Assembly: GCA_016124275.1 (NCBI GenBank)
Contig: WGOA01000029.1
Location: 58,877 to 122,876, forward strand
DNA: 64,000 nucleotides
Direction: 5' to 3'
From: Bacteroidota bacterium
Lineage (GTDB): Bacteria > Bacteroidota > Bacteroidia > Chitinophagales > BACL12
The translations under genes were made by a program, and so were the position numbers. Below are positions 19,369-27,636 of this stretch, in pieces. Within the stretch, counting starts at the first letter, position 1. Each line of letters begins with the position of its first letter. The notes beneath the pieces are model-generated. The model did no database searches and had not been told where the DNA came from. It saw only the letters and a list, made by a program, of their open reading frames with translations.

Positions 19369-20763
19369 ATGAAGCAGGTCAAGGTGTTGCAACACCTGGA
19401 AATCGTGAAGGTAGCTGACAAAGGATTGGGAATGGCCTACCAGGACGGCAAAGTGATTTTTGTGGAAAGAACAGTGCCCGGCGATGTAGTCGATGCGCAG
19501 TTGTTCAAGAACAAGAAGAACTTCGCCATGGGCTACCCGCTGCATTTCTCCAAGCTTTCGGAGTTCCGGATTGAACCTTATTGTTCGCATTTCGGCACCT
19601 GCGGCGGCTGCCGCTGGCAGAACCTTCCCTATGCCAAGGAATTGGAGTTTAAGACCCAACTGGTCGCCGACGCGCTGCAACGGCTGGCGCGCATCCGCGA
19701 AGCCCCGGTTCTGCCCGCCATCGGCGCCGAACCCTCCACGCACTACCGCAACAAGCTCGAATACACGTTTTCAAACCGGCGCTGGCTGACCCGCGAGGAA
19801 ATTGACGCAGGCGCTGATGCGGCCATGGATATCCTCGGCTACCATGTGCCCAATTACCACGACAAGGTCCTGGACATTGAAACCTGTTACCTCCAGCCCG
19901 ATCCGTCCAATGCCATCCGGTTGTTTGTCCGCGATTATGCGCGGCAGGCGGGTCTTTCGTTCTACGACCTCGGGCGCAAAACCGGCGTACTCCGCAACCT
20001 GCAAATCCGGAACAACCGCCAGGGTGAGGTCATGATCATCCTCGTGGTCAGCGAATTCAACGAGGGAATTGCCGCGATGCTGCAAGCGACGGCGGAGCAT
20101 TTCCCCCAAATTGCTTCTGTTCATTACGCGCTCAACACCAAAAGCAACAGCGCCATGAACGATGTGGAAATTCTGCCGTTCTCCGGCGCCCACTACCTGA
20201 CCGAGCACCTGGGCAACATCCGCTACCGGGTGGGCCCGCATTCGTTCTTCCAGACCAATCCCGCGCAGGCCGAAGTGCTGGTGGGCAAGGTTCGGGAGCT
20301 GGCGCAATTGCGCCCGGATGACCGGGTTTACGACCTCTACACCGGGCTGGGAAGCATCGCGCTTTACGTGGCTGATGCCTGCCGCGAAGTGGTAGGGGTG
20401 GAATCGGTGGAAGGCGCTGTGGCTGATGCGCGGATCAATGCCAGCGACAACGGCATTGAGAACTGCCGGTTCTTCAGCGGCGACATGACCAAACTGCTCA
20501 CCCCGGAATTTCTGGCAGCGCAAGGCAAACCAGATGTCATCATCACCGATCCGCCGCGTGCCGGTATGACGGAAAAGGTCAACCAGCGCTTGCTGGAAAG
20601 CGGGGCCCGGCGCATCGTTTACGTTTCCTGCAATCCGGTTTCGCAAGCCCGCGATCTGGAACAACTCTGCGCGGGATACACCATCGCTGCCCTGCAACCT
20701 GTGGACATGTTCCCCCGAACCTATCACGTAGAAAACATTGCGGTGTTGGACCGCATCGGGTGA
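19369..20763 (+). CDS. rlmD: 23S rRNA (uracil-C5)-methyltransferase RlmD/RumA family
   Basis: 464 aa. TRAM N-terminus, Fe-S Cys cluster CSHFGTCGGCRWQ, SAM motif DLYTGLGSIAL, DPPRAG, and catalytic VYVSCNP. Confidence 0.9.
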   Translation: MKQVKVLQHLEIVKVADKGLGMAYQDGKVIFVERTVPGDVVDAQLFKNKKNFAMGYPLHFSKLSEFRIEPYCSHFGTCGGCRWQNLPYAKELEFKTQLVADALQRLARIREAPVLPAIGAEPSTHYRNKLEYTFSNRRWLTREEIDAGADAAMDILGYHVPNYHDKVLDIETCYLQPDPSNAIRLFVRDYARQAGLSFYDLGRKTGVLRNLQIRNNRQGEVMIILVVSEFNEGIAAMLQATAEHFPQIASVHYALNTKSNSAMNDVEILPFSGAHYLTEHLGNIRYRVGPHSFFQTNPAQAEVLVGKVRELAQLRPDDRVYDLYTGLGSIALYVADACREVVGVESVEGAVADARINASDNGIENCRFFSGDMTKLLTPEFLAAQGKPDVIITDPPRAGMTEKVNQRLLESGARRIVYVSCNPVSQARDLEQLCAGYTIAALQPVDMFPRTYHVENIAVLDRIG

Positions 20764-20778
20764 AGGGCAACCGCCCGC

Positions 20779-23013
20779 TCAGCGACCGAGTCCCAGACCC
20801 ATGGCCTGCAAACGCTGAAATTCAGCGCGGTTCTGCGCGCTGGAAGTGGCTTGCAAAATGTCGTAGCGCTCCCGCCGAGTCAGGTGCAAGCTAACCGAAG
20901 CCTTTTCTGCGCCTTCTGCCGGCGTGTATTCAAAGACCAACACATCGAGCTTGCCGTTCATCGCTTCGCTGGCGTAATCAATCAGAAAATCGTGTTGGTA
21001 GTCCTGGATTTCGCTCCAGTTGGCGATCAGGTTGCCCACCGGGCTGAACACCTTATCCAAAAACGACTGGCCCTGGTAGTCCTCAATCATTTCGAATTGC
21101 TCGTGCCCTCTGATCTCCAGCAGCACCACCCCGGAGGTATGCTCGTTGAGCCAGTCCGCAAATTGGTGGATGAACCGGGTGCTGGTTTCCAGGCCAAAAT
21201 TGTCGCGCAATCCGGCGTCCATGACTTCCGTCAGCGGATTGCTAGGCAGCGCTACGTTGGGCAAAATGTAGGGAAAGGTAGCATTCATGCGCAGCGCCGA
21301 GGTCAGGAGCAGGGAATCAGCGCCCTGATTTTTATAAAAAGAACCAAAATCAATGCCGTCCACCTGGGGCTGGCGCAAACTCCGATCAACATTGGCCGGT
21401 CTGGTCAGCCAGGAAACCGGATGCGGGCTGATGTAGCATTTTCGTCCATCGTTGATGATGGTTGGGCTGAGCACCATGCAGGGCATCTCCTGACGTGCTT
21501 CTGCCTCGCGGAAGTAGGCAAGCGGATGATTCAACAGACTATCGGTTGAACGATTGAACGTTTGTTCAAAAATATACGCGCGATCCTTCCGGTATTCGCG
21601 GCCTGCCACTTCAAAGTGCTGCCAGGGAAAGAACAGATCGTTGACCACAATGGTGAAAAAAACCGGATTGAGCATATCGGCGGCCATAGCATCGCCGTGC
21701 TCAACTCCGTTCTTGTTGATGGCCGTGTCCTGGCGGGCCAGCCAGGCCAATTGCCGGTAGTACGCCAGGCCCAACATTCCTCCGGAAGCTCCGGACAGCA
21801 AAAAACTGTGGTCCATTAACCGGCCATGGCAAAGGCTGTCAGCCTGTTGCATGACCTTGGTGGTGAACAGCCCCGCACGAAGCCCCCCCCCGCTGGCATT
21901 GATCAGCACCATTTTGGGTTTGCGCCCCCCCGACACGGGATGCTTGGCCGCCCACTCGTCCAGCATGCCTTGCCAATGCGCGCGATCGCGCGCACGGATG
22001 GCCGGCGAACTCAGGCTGTCCAGGCGCTCCAGCGTGTAAGCAGCCGGTTTGGTTTCGTAATCCAGGCCGTAAGCGTGGTTGGCGTACTTGAACAGGTCGT
22101 GCTGCATGAGGGCATTCAGACCCAGGATCAGGGCCACGTACATGGCGGCCCGCCACCCGCGAATCCAGTAGCTGAACGCGCCCGTGAGCGCGACGAGCAG
22201 GCCAAAGAGCACCAACACACTGGCACCTGCCGGCACGCGAAAGAATTCGTAATCGATCAACAAGCCCAGCCCCAACAGCAAAACCAACCCGGTCACCTCT
22301 ATAAACACGGCATTGCCGTGGTGTTGCCGGTACACTTTGAGCAGCATAGCCACATCGTAATGGGCTACCGAACGCACAATCCGGGGGCGCAAGCTGGTGT
22401 TCAGGTAGGTATCCACCCGCCAGATGAGCATGGAGGGCAAGGTGTTTTCGCCCGCTGCGGTCATCTGGATGTCCAGGGCTTCATCCTCACGGCGCAAACC
22501 CAAGATCTGCCAGATGTCTTTGTTGGTCTGAAAAAAATACGTGCCAGCCAGAAAGATGATGGCCACAATGCCTGCTACCAGCCCCAATACATTGGACAGC
22601 ACCATTTGCGTAGAAGCAAATTCATCGTCGCGCTGAAAAGACACCAGGCAATAGATGTACACGCCCAAAAAGGCCAGCGGGATCAGGCTGTTGTTGAGCA
22701 TGAAGACACCAAACGGCCGGTGAATGGTGGCCAGAAAGGGAAAACGGTGGGCGTGCAGAATATAGGCTGTGATGTTCCAGGTCACCAGAAAGCCCCCCAG
22801 GGCCATTCCCACAATAAAAAAACTCAGAAAGTCCACCTCGCCGAGGTACTCCGGATCCAGGTAGAGGTAGTTGATGCCATAGTGCTGACCGATGGTGCTG
22901 GTAACCAGAAGGGTCAGGAAAACCCAAAAAAGCAGCAGGAAATGGTGCTTTTTAGCGTGCACCAAAACCAATTGGATGGGGAAAGAATAGAAAACGCCGG
23001 TTAGAAACTTCAC
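20779..23013 (-). CDS. Patatin-like phospholipase with a large N-terminal membrane domain
   Basis: 744 aa with a GTG start. Oxyanion motif NASGGGLRAG, nucleophile GASGG, and dyad Asp in MDAGLRDN. About 330 aa of TM-rich N-terminus. Confidence 0.8.
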   Translation of the reverse strand: MKFLTGVFYSFPIQLVLVHAKKHHFLLLFWVFLTLLVTSTIGQHYGINYLYLDPEYLGEVDFLSFFIVGMALGGFLVTWNITAYILHAHRFPFLATIHRPFGVFMLNNSLIPLAFLGVYIYCLVSFQRDDEFASTQMVLSNVLGLVAGIVAIIFLAGTYFFQTNKDIWQILGLRREDEALDIQMTAAGENTLPSMLIWRVDTYLNTSLRPRIVRSVAHYDVAMLLKVYRQHHGNAVFIEVTGLVLLLGLGLLIDYEFFRVPAGASVLVLFGLLVALTGAFSYWIRGWRAAMYVALILGLNALMQHDLFKYANHAYGLDYETKPAAYTLERLDSLSSPAIRARDRAHWQGMLDEWAAKHPVSGGRKPKMVLINASGGGLRAGLFTTKVMQQADSLCHGRLMDHSFLLSGASGGMLGLAYYRQLAWLARQDTAINKNGVEHGDAMAADMLNPVFFTIVVNDLFFPWQHFEVAGREYRKDRAYIFEQTFNRSTDSLLNHPLAYFREAEARQEMPCMVLSPTIINDGRKCYISPHPVSWLTRPANVDRSLRQPQVDGIDFGSFYKNQGADSLLLTSALRMNATFPYILPNVALPSNPLTEVMDAGLRDNFGLETSTRFIHQFADWLNEHTSGVVLLEIRGHEQFEMIEDYQGQSFLDKVFSPVGNLIANWSEIQDYQHDFLIDYASEAMNGKLDVLVFEYTPAEGAEKASVSLHLTRRERYDILQATSSAQNRAEFQRLQAMGLGLGR

Positions 23014-23132
23014 ATCAAACCGGAATTTAGTCAGGTTTCCGGCAAGTTGGCCGGTGCAAACAGCGAGTCATTAATGGGTATACGGGGCAGTGACCTCGCG
23101 GATACACGGTAACCGGGGCAAACCGCGATGCC

Positions 23133-24635
23133 CTACTCATAGCCGCTTTCATAGGCACCGATATCGGGCAAGGTTCCGGCAAAGGGCCGCACATTGCCGT
23201 CCAGATCCAGGCCCAGGCCGATGTCAAAACCCGCATCAATAGCCGGGGAACCTTCGTCCAGGCGGTAATTGCGCTCGCTGCGGTCCACAAACAGCGGTGA
23301 CTCGTTAAAAATGCAGTTAAACGTGTTGATGGTATCGGTGGAAATACGTGTTCGCAAAAGCGAGTGGCTGAACAGGTGGTTGAAGGATGCGCTCTGCTCC
23401 AGGTTGCCCAACACAATCTCCTGCTCGCGCAGAATGTTCCCTTCAACGATCACGTTCCTAAAATCAGCCTGCTCCAGATCCGACTCCAGAATGATGTCCG
23501 AACCCCCTTCGTCCTGCCCAAAATTGTAAAAGTTGGACAGCACCAGAATCGGGGTTTGGTGGCTGATGGCAATACTGCCAAAGTTGGCCAGGGTGGCGTG
23601 GCGAAAATCGTATCGTCCACCCAACAACAGCGCCGCATTTGATGCCCCACAATTATAAATAAGCGTGTTTTCTGCCTGAATATCACTCAGGAGTGAAATA
23701 ATACCGTTGCCTTGAATGTCCTGGATGATCACATTCTCCAGCTGCACTTCCGGCATGTTTCCCGCATTAAAATCCGACAAGTTGGGACTCTTGCTGAAGC
23801 CGCACAACAACCCTTCGCGGCTGTTTTTGATCACAGCATTCCGGAGCACATTGCCCGTGCTGCCGCGCAGAAAAAACAGCCCGTCCCATTGTCCGGGCAG
23901 GTCGCGGAAGAAGGGCTCAAGGCGATCCTGCAAAAACGTTACGGTGGAATCGGGGGTGCCTTCTACCAGCAAGGTTCCGTCGATGAGCATACCCGAGTTA
24001 GCGTGAAAATGCACGCGGCAGCCTTCGCGGATGGTCAGGGTGCAACCGCTGTCCACCTGAACGTAATTGTAGATAACATAAGGTAAGTTATCTTCCCAGA
24101 TTTCATCGCAAAGCCGCTGCCCGCTGAAAAAGTTGGCGTTTTGTCCCCAGGCCACCAGCAACACGCTTTGCCTGTTGCCGTTGGTGATCATGACAATGGA
24201 GTCCTCGATCACATAGGGCATGCGGTCGTCGTTGGGGTCAATGGTGACCTCGACAAAAACGTAAATGCTATCTCGCCCCCGGACCTCGATGTCTTCCTGC
24301 AAGGCACCGGGAATGCCGTCCACGTTGATGCGGAAAAAGGAACCCGCGCCTCCGGCCAGCTCAATGCTGCTGATGCGAATAGCCTGATCCTCCGGGTTGA
24401 AAATCAGAAATTCGCGGGTTGCGGAGCCCACAGAGGCAAAAACCGTGTCAAACTGCAGCGTGTCCGTAGAAAAACGCAAGACCGCATCCGGGTCATTGGT
24501 CAGGTTCTCTTTGCGGCACCCGCTGCTGGTCAACGCCAACAGCCCGGCCAGCACTACTACTCCTGTGACAACCAGCTTGGAGCCGGGTCGCCTGCCTCCT
24601 GAAAACCCGAACAAAGAGAGAAAAAATACCTTCAT
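23133..24635 (-). CDS. Lipoprotein with a right-handed parallel beta-helix-like repeat region
   Basis: 500 aa. Lipobox LTSSGC. C-terminal DLDGNVRPFAGTLPDIGAYE, a motif I associate with beta-helix (pectate-lyase-fold) proteins. Confidence 0.55.
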   Translation of the reverse strand: MKVFFLSLFGFSGGRRPGSKLVVTGVVVLAGLLALTSSGCRKENLTNDPDAVLRFSTDTLQFDTVFASVGSATREFLIFNPEDQAIRISSIELAGGAGSFFRINVDGIPGALQEDIEVRGRDSIYVFVEVTIDPNDDRMPYVIEDSIVMITNGNRQSVLLVAWGQNANFFSGQRLCDEIWEDNLPYVIYNYVQVDSGCTLTIREGCRVHFHANSGMLIDGTLLVEGTPDSTVTFLQDRLEPFFRDLPGQWDGLFFLRGSTGNVLRNAVIKNSREGLLCGFSKSPNLSDFNAGNMPEVQLENVIIQDIQGNGIISLLSDIQAENTLIYNCGASNAALLLGGRYDFRHATLANFGSIAISHQTPILVLSNFYNFGQDEGGSDIILESDLEQADFRNVIVEGNILREQEIVLGNLEQSASFNHLFSHSLLRTRISTDTINTFNCIFNESPLFVDRSERNYRLDEGSPAIDAGFDIGLGLDLDGNVRPFAGTLPDIGAYESGYE

Positions 24636-24875
24636 ATCATGCTGCTGAGCGATTCACCAAGAACGCCGCGAAGTTAGGGCTATTGCGGGCGTGTCTAACA
24701 ATTCCGAATAACGCCAAAAAACCCAGCGCAACCCAGTGATGCGCTGAAAATTCCGGTGCAATACCCGATAAAACACCCGGAAACCGCGCCATGCTTTGGA
24801 TTGATCCGCCGCATCGCTGCCGCAGGTTGCCCGGAATGGGGATTTATTTTTTCGGGCGAAGGGGTTAGGTGCGCA

Positions 24876-25748
24876 TCACTCCGCCGCCGCGAGCGCAGCG
24901 ACACTAAGCTTAAACCCGGCTTCAATCAGGTGTGCGCCACAAGCCTCAAATGTAGCCCCAGTGGTCATCACGTCATCCACCAGCAACACGTGCGGGCATT
25001 GCGCCGGGTTGAGCCGCTTCAAATCCGGTCCGGGCGCATACAATTGGCGCACGCTTTCCCAGCGTTCAAAGCGGTCCTTGTGGGTCTGGGTTTTGCCACC
25101 GGGAAGGCGTGTCAGGAGCTTGTGGTGCACCGGCAAGCCGCTGGCATCGGCCAACCCCAGCGCAATTTCCCGGGCAGGGTTATACCCGCGCGCTGACGTT
25201 TTGGCCATGGTCATGGGCACATAGGCAATGCCCTGAATCCCGGCTAAGGCCCCGTCGCGAACCAGGGTTTCGCCGTAGTAGTGCCCGCAGCCCCGCGCTA
25301 AATCCGGCCGATTGCTGTACTTGAGCCGGTGCAGCAATTCCCGGACAGGGCCGGCACCTTTCATGGCCCAGCAGGCCCAGACCCCCTCCAGGTCCAGCCG
25401 CCCCCAAAAACGGCGGGCCATGGCATGTTCGCCCTTCGAACCTTGATCCTGCACCACCATGCGATGGTAGCCCAACTCCGGCAAGTCGGCTTCGCAGGTT
25501 ATGCAAAACAAACGCTCGCCCCCTCCCATCACGGCCCCGCAGGCCCCGCAATTCAAGGGATAAAAGAGATGCAGCAACCCGTGGATGGCGTCAGCGCCAA
25601 GCGCGCTGAGTTTGCAGGCAAGCTTGCTGTTCAACTTAGTGTTTAGCTTGCTCTTGTGCTTGCTGTCTGGCTTGACATTGAGCTTGCTGTCGGGCTCCGG
25701 CAGCGCCCTGGAACGCGCTTTTTGCGCAGGTGCATGTTGCGTGATCAT
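24876..25748 (-). CDS. comF: ComF family phosphoribosyltransferase-like protein
   Basis: 290 aa. Zinc-finger-like CGACG...CITCEADL and PRT loop VLLVDDVMTTGATF. The N-terminal ~45 aa are a lysine/serine repeat, and the true start is uncertain. Confidence 0.75.
   Translation of the reverse strand: MITQHAPAQKARSRALPEPDSKLNVKPDSKHKSKLNTKLNSKLACKLSALGADAIHGLLHLFYPLNCGACGAVMGGGERLFCITCEADLPELGYHRMVVQDQGSKGEHAMARRFWGRLDLEGVWACWAMKGAGPVRELLHRLKYSNRPDLARGCGHYYGETLVRDGALAGIQGIAYVPMTMAKTSARGYNPAREIALGLADASGLPVHHKLLTRLPGGKTQTHKDRFERWESVRQLYAPGPDLKRLNPAQCPHVLLVDDVMTTGATFEACGAHLIEAGFKLSVAALAAAE
25621..25690. repeat. Imperfect tandem AGCTTGCTGT-type repeats at the 5' end of comF
   Basis: AGCTTGCTGT at 25621 and 25681, AGCTTGCTCT at 25645, GCTTGCTGT at 25658. 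Translates to SKLN/SKHK repeats. Confidence 0.5.
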
Positions 25749-25865
25749 CGGGAGGGAAACAAGAGGGTGAATAGAGGACTGGTTGCGGGGAATCAGCGGC
25801 CTGCCGGCCTGCCCGCAGGCAACTTCACGGCAGGCCGCAGGCTAAGGAGCGCTTAATCATGCCGT

Positions 25866-27323
25866 TTACGTGAGGAGCCTGGCATAAACTTCCTCCACTT
25901 TGCTGACGGGCTCCAGCTTAACCGGGTACTTGCCCGTCTCCAGGCCTTTGGTGTTGAATTTGGGAAGGAAGATGCGCTCGTAACCCAACTTGGCCGCTTC
26001 AGCAATGCGCTGTTCCACGCGGCTGACCGCCCGCACTTCGCCGGACAAGCCCACTTCGCCAAAAAAACAGGTCTGCAAAGGCAATGGCAAATCTTCGTAG
26101 GAGCTGAGCAGGGCCGAAACCACCGCCAGGTCAATGGCCGGGTCTTCGACGCGCAACCCTCCGGCGATGTTCAGGAACACATCCCGGTTGCCGAGCGCAA
26201 AACCGCAGCGCTTTTCGAGTACGGCCAGCAACATGCTCAACCGCCGCAAATCGAACCCGGTGGCGCTGCGCTGCGGGGTGCCGTAAACCGCCGGGCTGAC
26301 CAGCGCCTGCGTTTCAATCAGCATAGGCCGAAGGCCTTCAATGGTGGCCGCAATGGCAATACCGCTGAGCGGCTCCTCGCGCTGGCCCAGCAGGATTTCC
26401 GAAGGATTCGCCACGGGATAAAGGCCCGCTTCGCGCATCTCGTAAATGCCCAATTCCGAGGTGGAACCAAAGCGGTTTTTCACCGAGCGCAGAATCCGAA
26501 ACAAGTGGTTGCGGTCGCCTTCAAACTGCAGCACCGTGTCCACCATGTGCTCCAGCACTTTGGGCCCGGCAATGGCTCCATCCTTGTTGATGTGGCCTAT
26601 GAGCACCACCGGCGTTTGCGTCTCTTTGGCGAAGCGCTGCAGTTCTGCCGCGCAAGTTCTGATCTGGGTCACACTGCCTGCGGGTGCCTCCACACTGTCG
26701 CTGTGCAGGGTTTGGATGGAGTCCACGATCAACAGCCCAGGCTGCATGTCGCGGACCCGGCGGAAAATGCGGGCCATGCCCGTTTCCGTCAGGATGAACA
26801 GCTCCGGGTTGTCCGGCCCGATGCGGTCGGCGCGCATGCGCACCTGGCTGCCGCTCTCTTCGCCGCTGATGTACAGCACTTTGACGCCCCGAATCCGCAG
26901 GCCGAGCTGCAGCAACAGCGTGGATTTGCCGATGCCCGGCTCCCCCCCCACAAGCACAAGCGATCCGGGCACAATGCCGCCCCCCAGCGCCCGGTCCAAT
27001 TCCGGGTCTGTCGTGGGCATTCGGAACTGGTCGCCGGCTTCAATTTCGCTGAGGCGCATGGGTCGCGCACCCGCCCGGTTGCGCTCGGGTCCTTCCCCCC
27101 CATCCTCGCTGCGCTCGGATGCCCACCCCCCAAAACCGCCGCCCGCTCCGCTACCCGCCGGGCCGCCGCCGCCCACCCCACCCCAGGCCGCCGCAGGCTC
27201 GGCCTTTTCGATGACTTCCTCCACATACGTGTTCCACTCCCCGCAGGACGGGCATTTGCCCACCCATTTGGGCGATTCCGCCCCGCAGGACTGGCAGAAA
27301 AATGCTGTGCGTGTTTTGGCCAT
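25866..27323 (-). CDS. radA: DNA repair protein RadA/Sms
   Basis: The track ORF runs to 27530, but the ATG at 27323 gives MAKTRTAFFCQSCGAESPKWVGKCPSCGEWNTY (the canonical zinc finger at the N-terminus). Walker A GGEPGIGKST, KNRFG motif, and a Lon-like C-terminal domain. Confidence 0.9.
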   Translation of the reverse strand: MAKTRTAFFCQSCGAESPKWVGKCPSCGEWNTYVEEVIEKAEPAAAWGGVGGGGPAGSGAGGGFGGWASERSEDGGEGPERNRAGARPMRLSEIEAGDQFRMPTTDPELDRALGGGIVPGSLVLVGGEPGIGKSTLLLQLGLRIRGVKVLYISGEESGSQVRMRADRIGPDNPELFILTETGMARIFRRVRDMQPGLLIVDSIQTLHSDSVEAPAGSVTQIRTCAAELQRFAKETQTPVVLIGHINKDGAIAGPKVLEHMVDTVLQFEGDRNHLFRILRSVKNRFGSTSELGIYEMREAGLYPVANPSEILLGQREEPLSGIAIAATIEGLRPMLIETQALVSPAVYGTPQRSATGFDLRRLSMLLAVLEKRCGFALGNRDVFLNIAGGLRVEDPAIDLAVVSALLSSYEDLPLPLQTCFFGEVGLSGEVRAVSRVEQRIAEAAKLGYERIFLPKFNTKGLETGKYPVKLEPVSKVEEVYARLLT

Positions 27324-27334
27324 AATGTTGCAGA

Positions 27335-27418
27335 GGGGGGGCTGAAGGGGGGGGCAGAAGGGCGGGCTGAGCGGGCTGAAAGGAGGGCAGAAGGGCGGGC
27401 TGAAGGGAAGCGCTGCAG
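27335..27418. repeat. G-rich imperfect ~12-nt tandem repeat array (GGSGGGCWGAAG-like) immediately upstream of radA
   Basis: The plus strand reads GGGGGGGCTGAAGGGGGGGGCAGAAGGGCGGGCTGAGCGGGCTGAAAGGAGGGCAGAAGGGCGGGCTGAAGGGAAG. GGGCAGAAGGGCGGGCTGA occurs twice. Confidence 0.7.
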
Positions 27419-27636
27419 TGCTCCCAGCCCAATCCTCACGCCGCCAAATTTCCCCTGATTTCCGCAGCCGCCTCTCTTTTGGCAGCGGAAACCCGCCGTT
27501 TGTGGATAAATCGCGGTAAAAATCCGCCAAGACGCCACCAAAACCCCTGCCTTAGCCCTGCTTTTGCGAGTTTTGCCGCAGTGCCGCTCAAGGCCGCTCC
27601 GCCCTTCGCCCGAAACCAGGGCTAACGAACACCGCT

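Noticed and set aside
21826-23004. 392-aa ORF on the plus strand, and other long antisense ORFs (19771..20727, 36673..37764, 38740..40047, 44580..45440, 57163..58164, 59461..60579, 26446..27458)
   Set aside because: Each lies opposite a gene with clear catalytic motifs. Their translations are compositionally biased (Arg/Gly/Ala/His/Gln) and motif-free, so they are treated as GC-driven shadow ORFs.
20779-23013. Patatin-like lipase as a CBASS or other defence effector
   Set aside because: There is no cyclase, nucleotidyltransferase, E1/E2 or other defence partner nearby. The neighbours are rlmD and a beta-helix lipoprotein. The large membrane N-terminus suggests a housekeeping lipid-remodelling enzyme.
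23027-23446. 139-aa minus-strand ORF overlapping the 3' end of the beta-helix lipoprotein gene
   Set aside because: It is in a different frame overlapping a better-supported gene, and its Cys/Arg/Trp-rich composition is not protein-like.
24636-24875. 240-bp intergenic region examined for a tRNA, sRNA or riboswitch (also 9783-9922, 16211-16375, 19249-19368, 59391-59643)
   Set aside because: I recognised no cloverleaf-compatible sequence (no GGTTCGAATCC-like T-arm) and no conserved riboswitch core. ORF 24695..24925 looks non-coding.
27335-27418. Possible CRISPR array or minisatellite
   Set aside because: The units are about 12 nt, contiguous and have no spacers. That is far too short for CRISPR, and no cas genes are present.
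27324-27530. N-terminal extension of radA (track start at 27530)
   Set aside because: The extension translates the 12-mer repeat into PPFCPPFSP-type sequence. The canonical RadA zinc finger begins right after the ATG at 27323.
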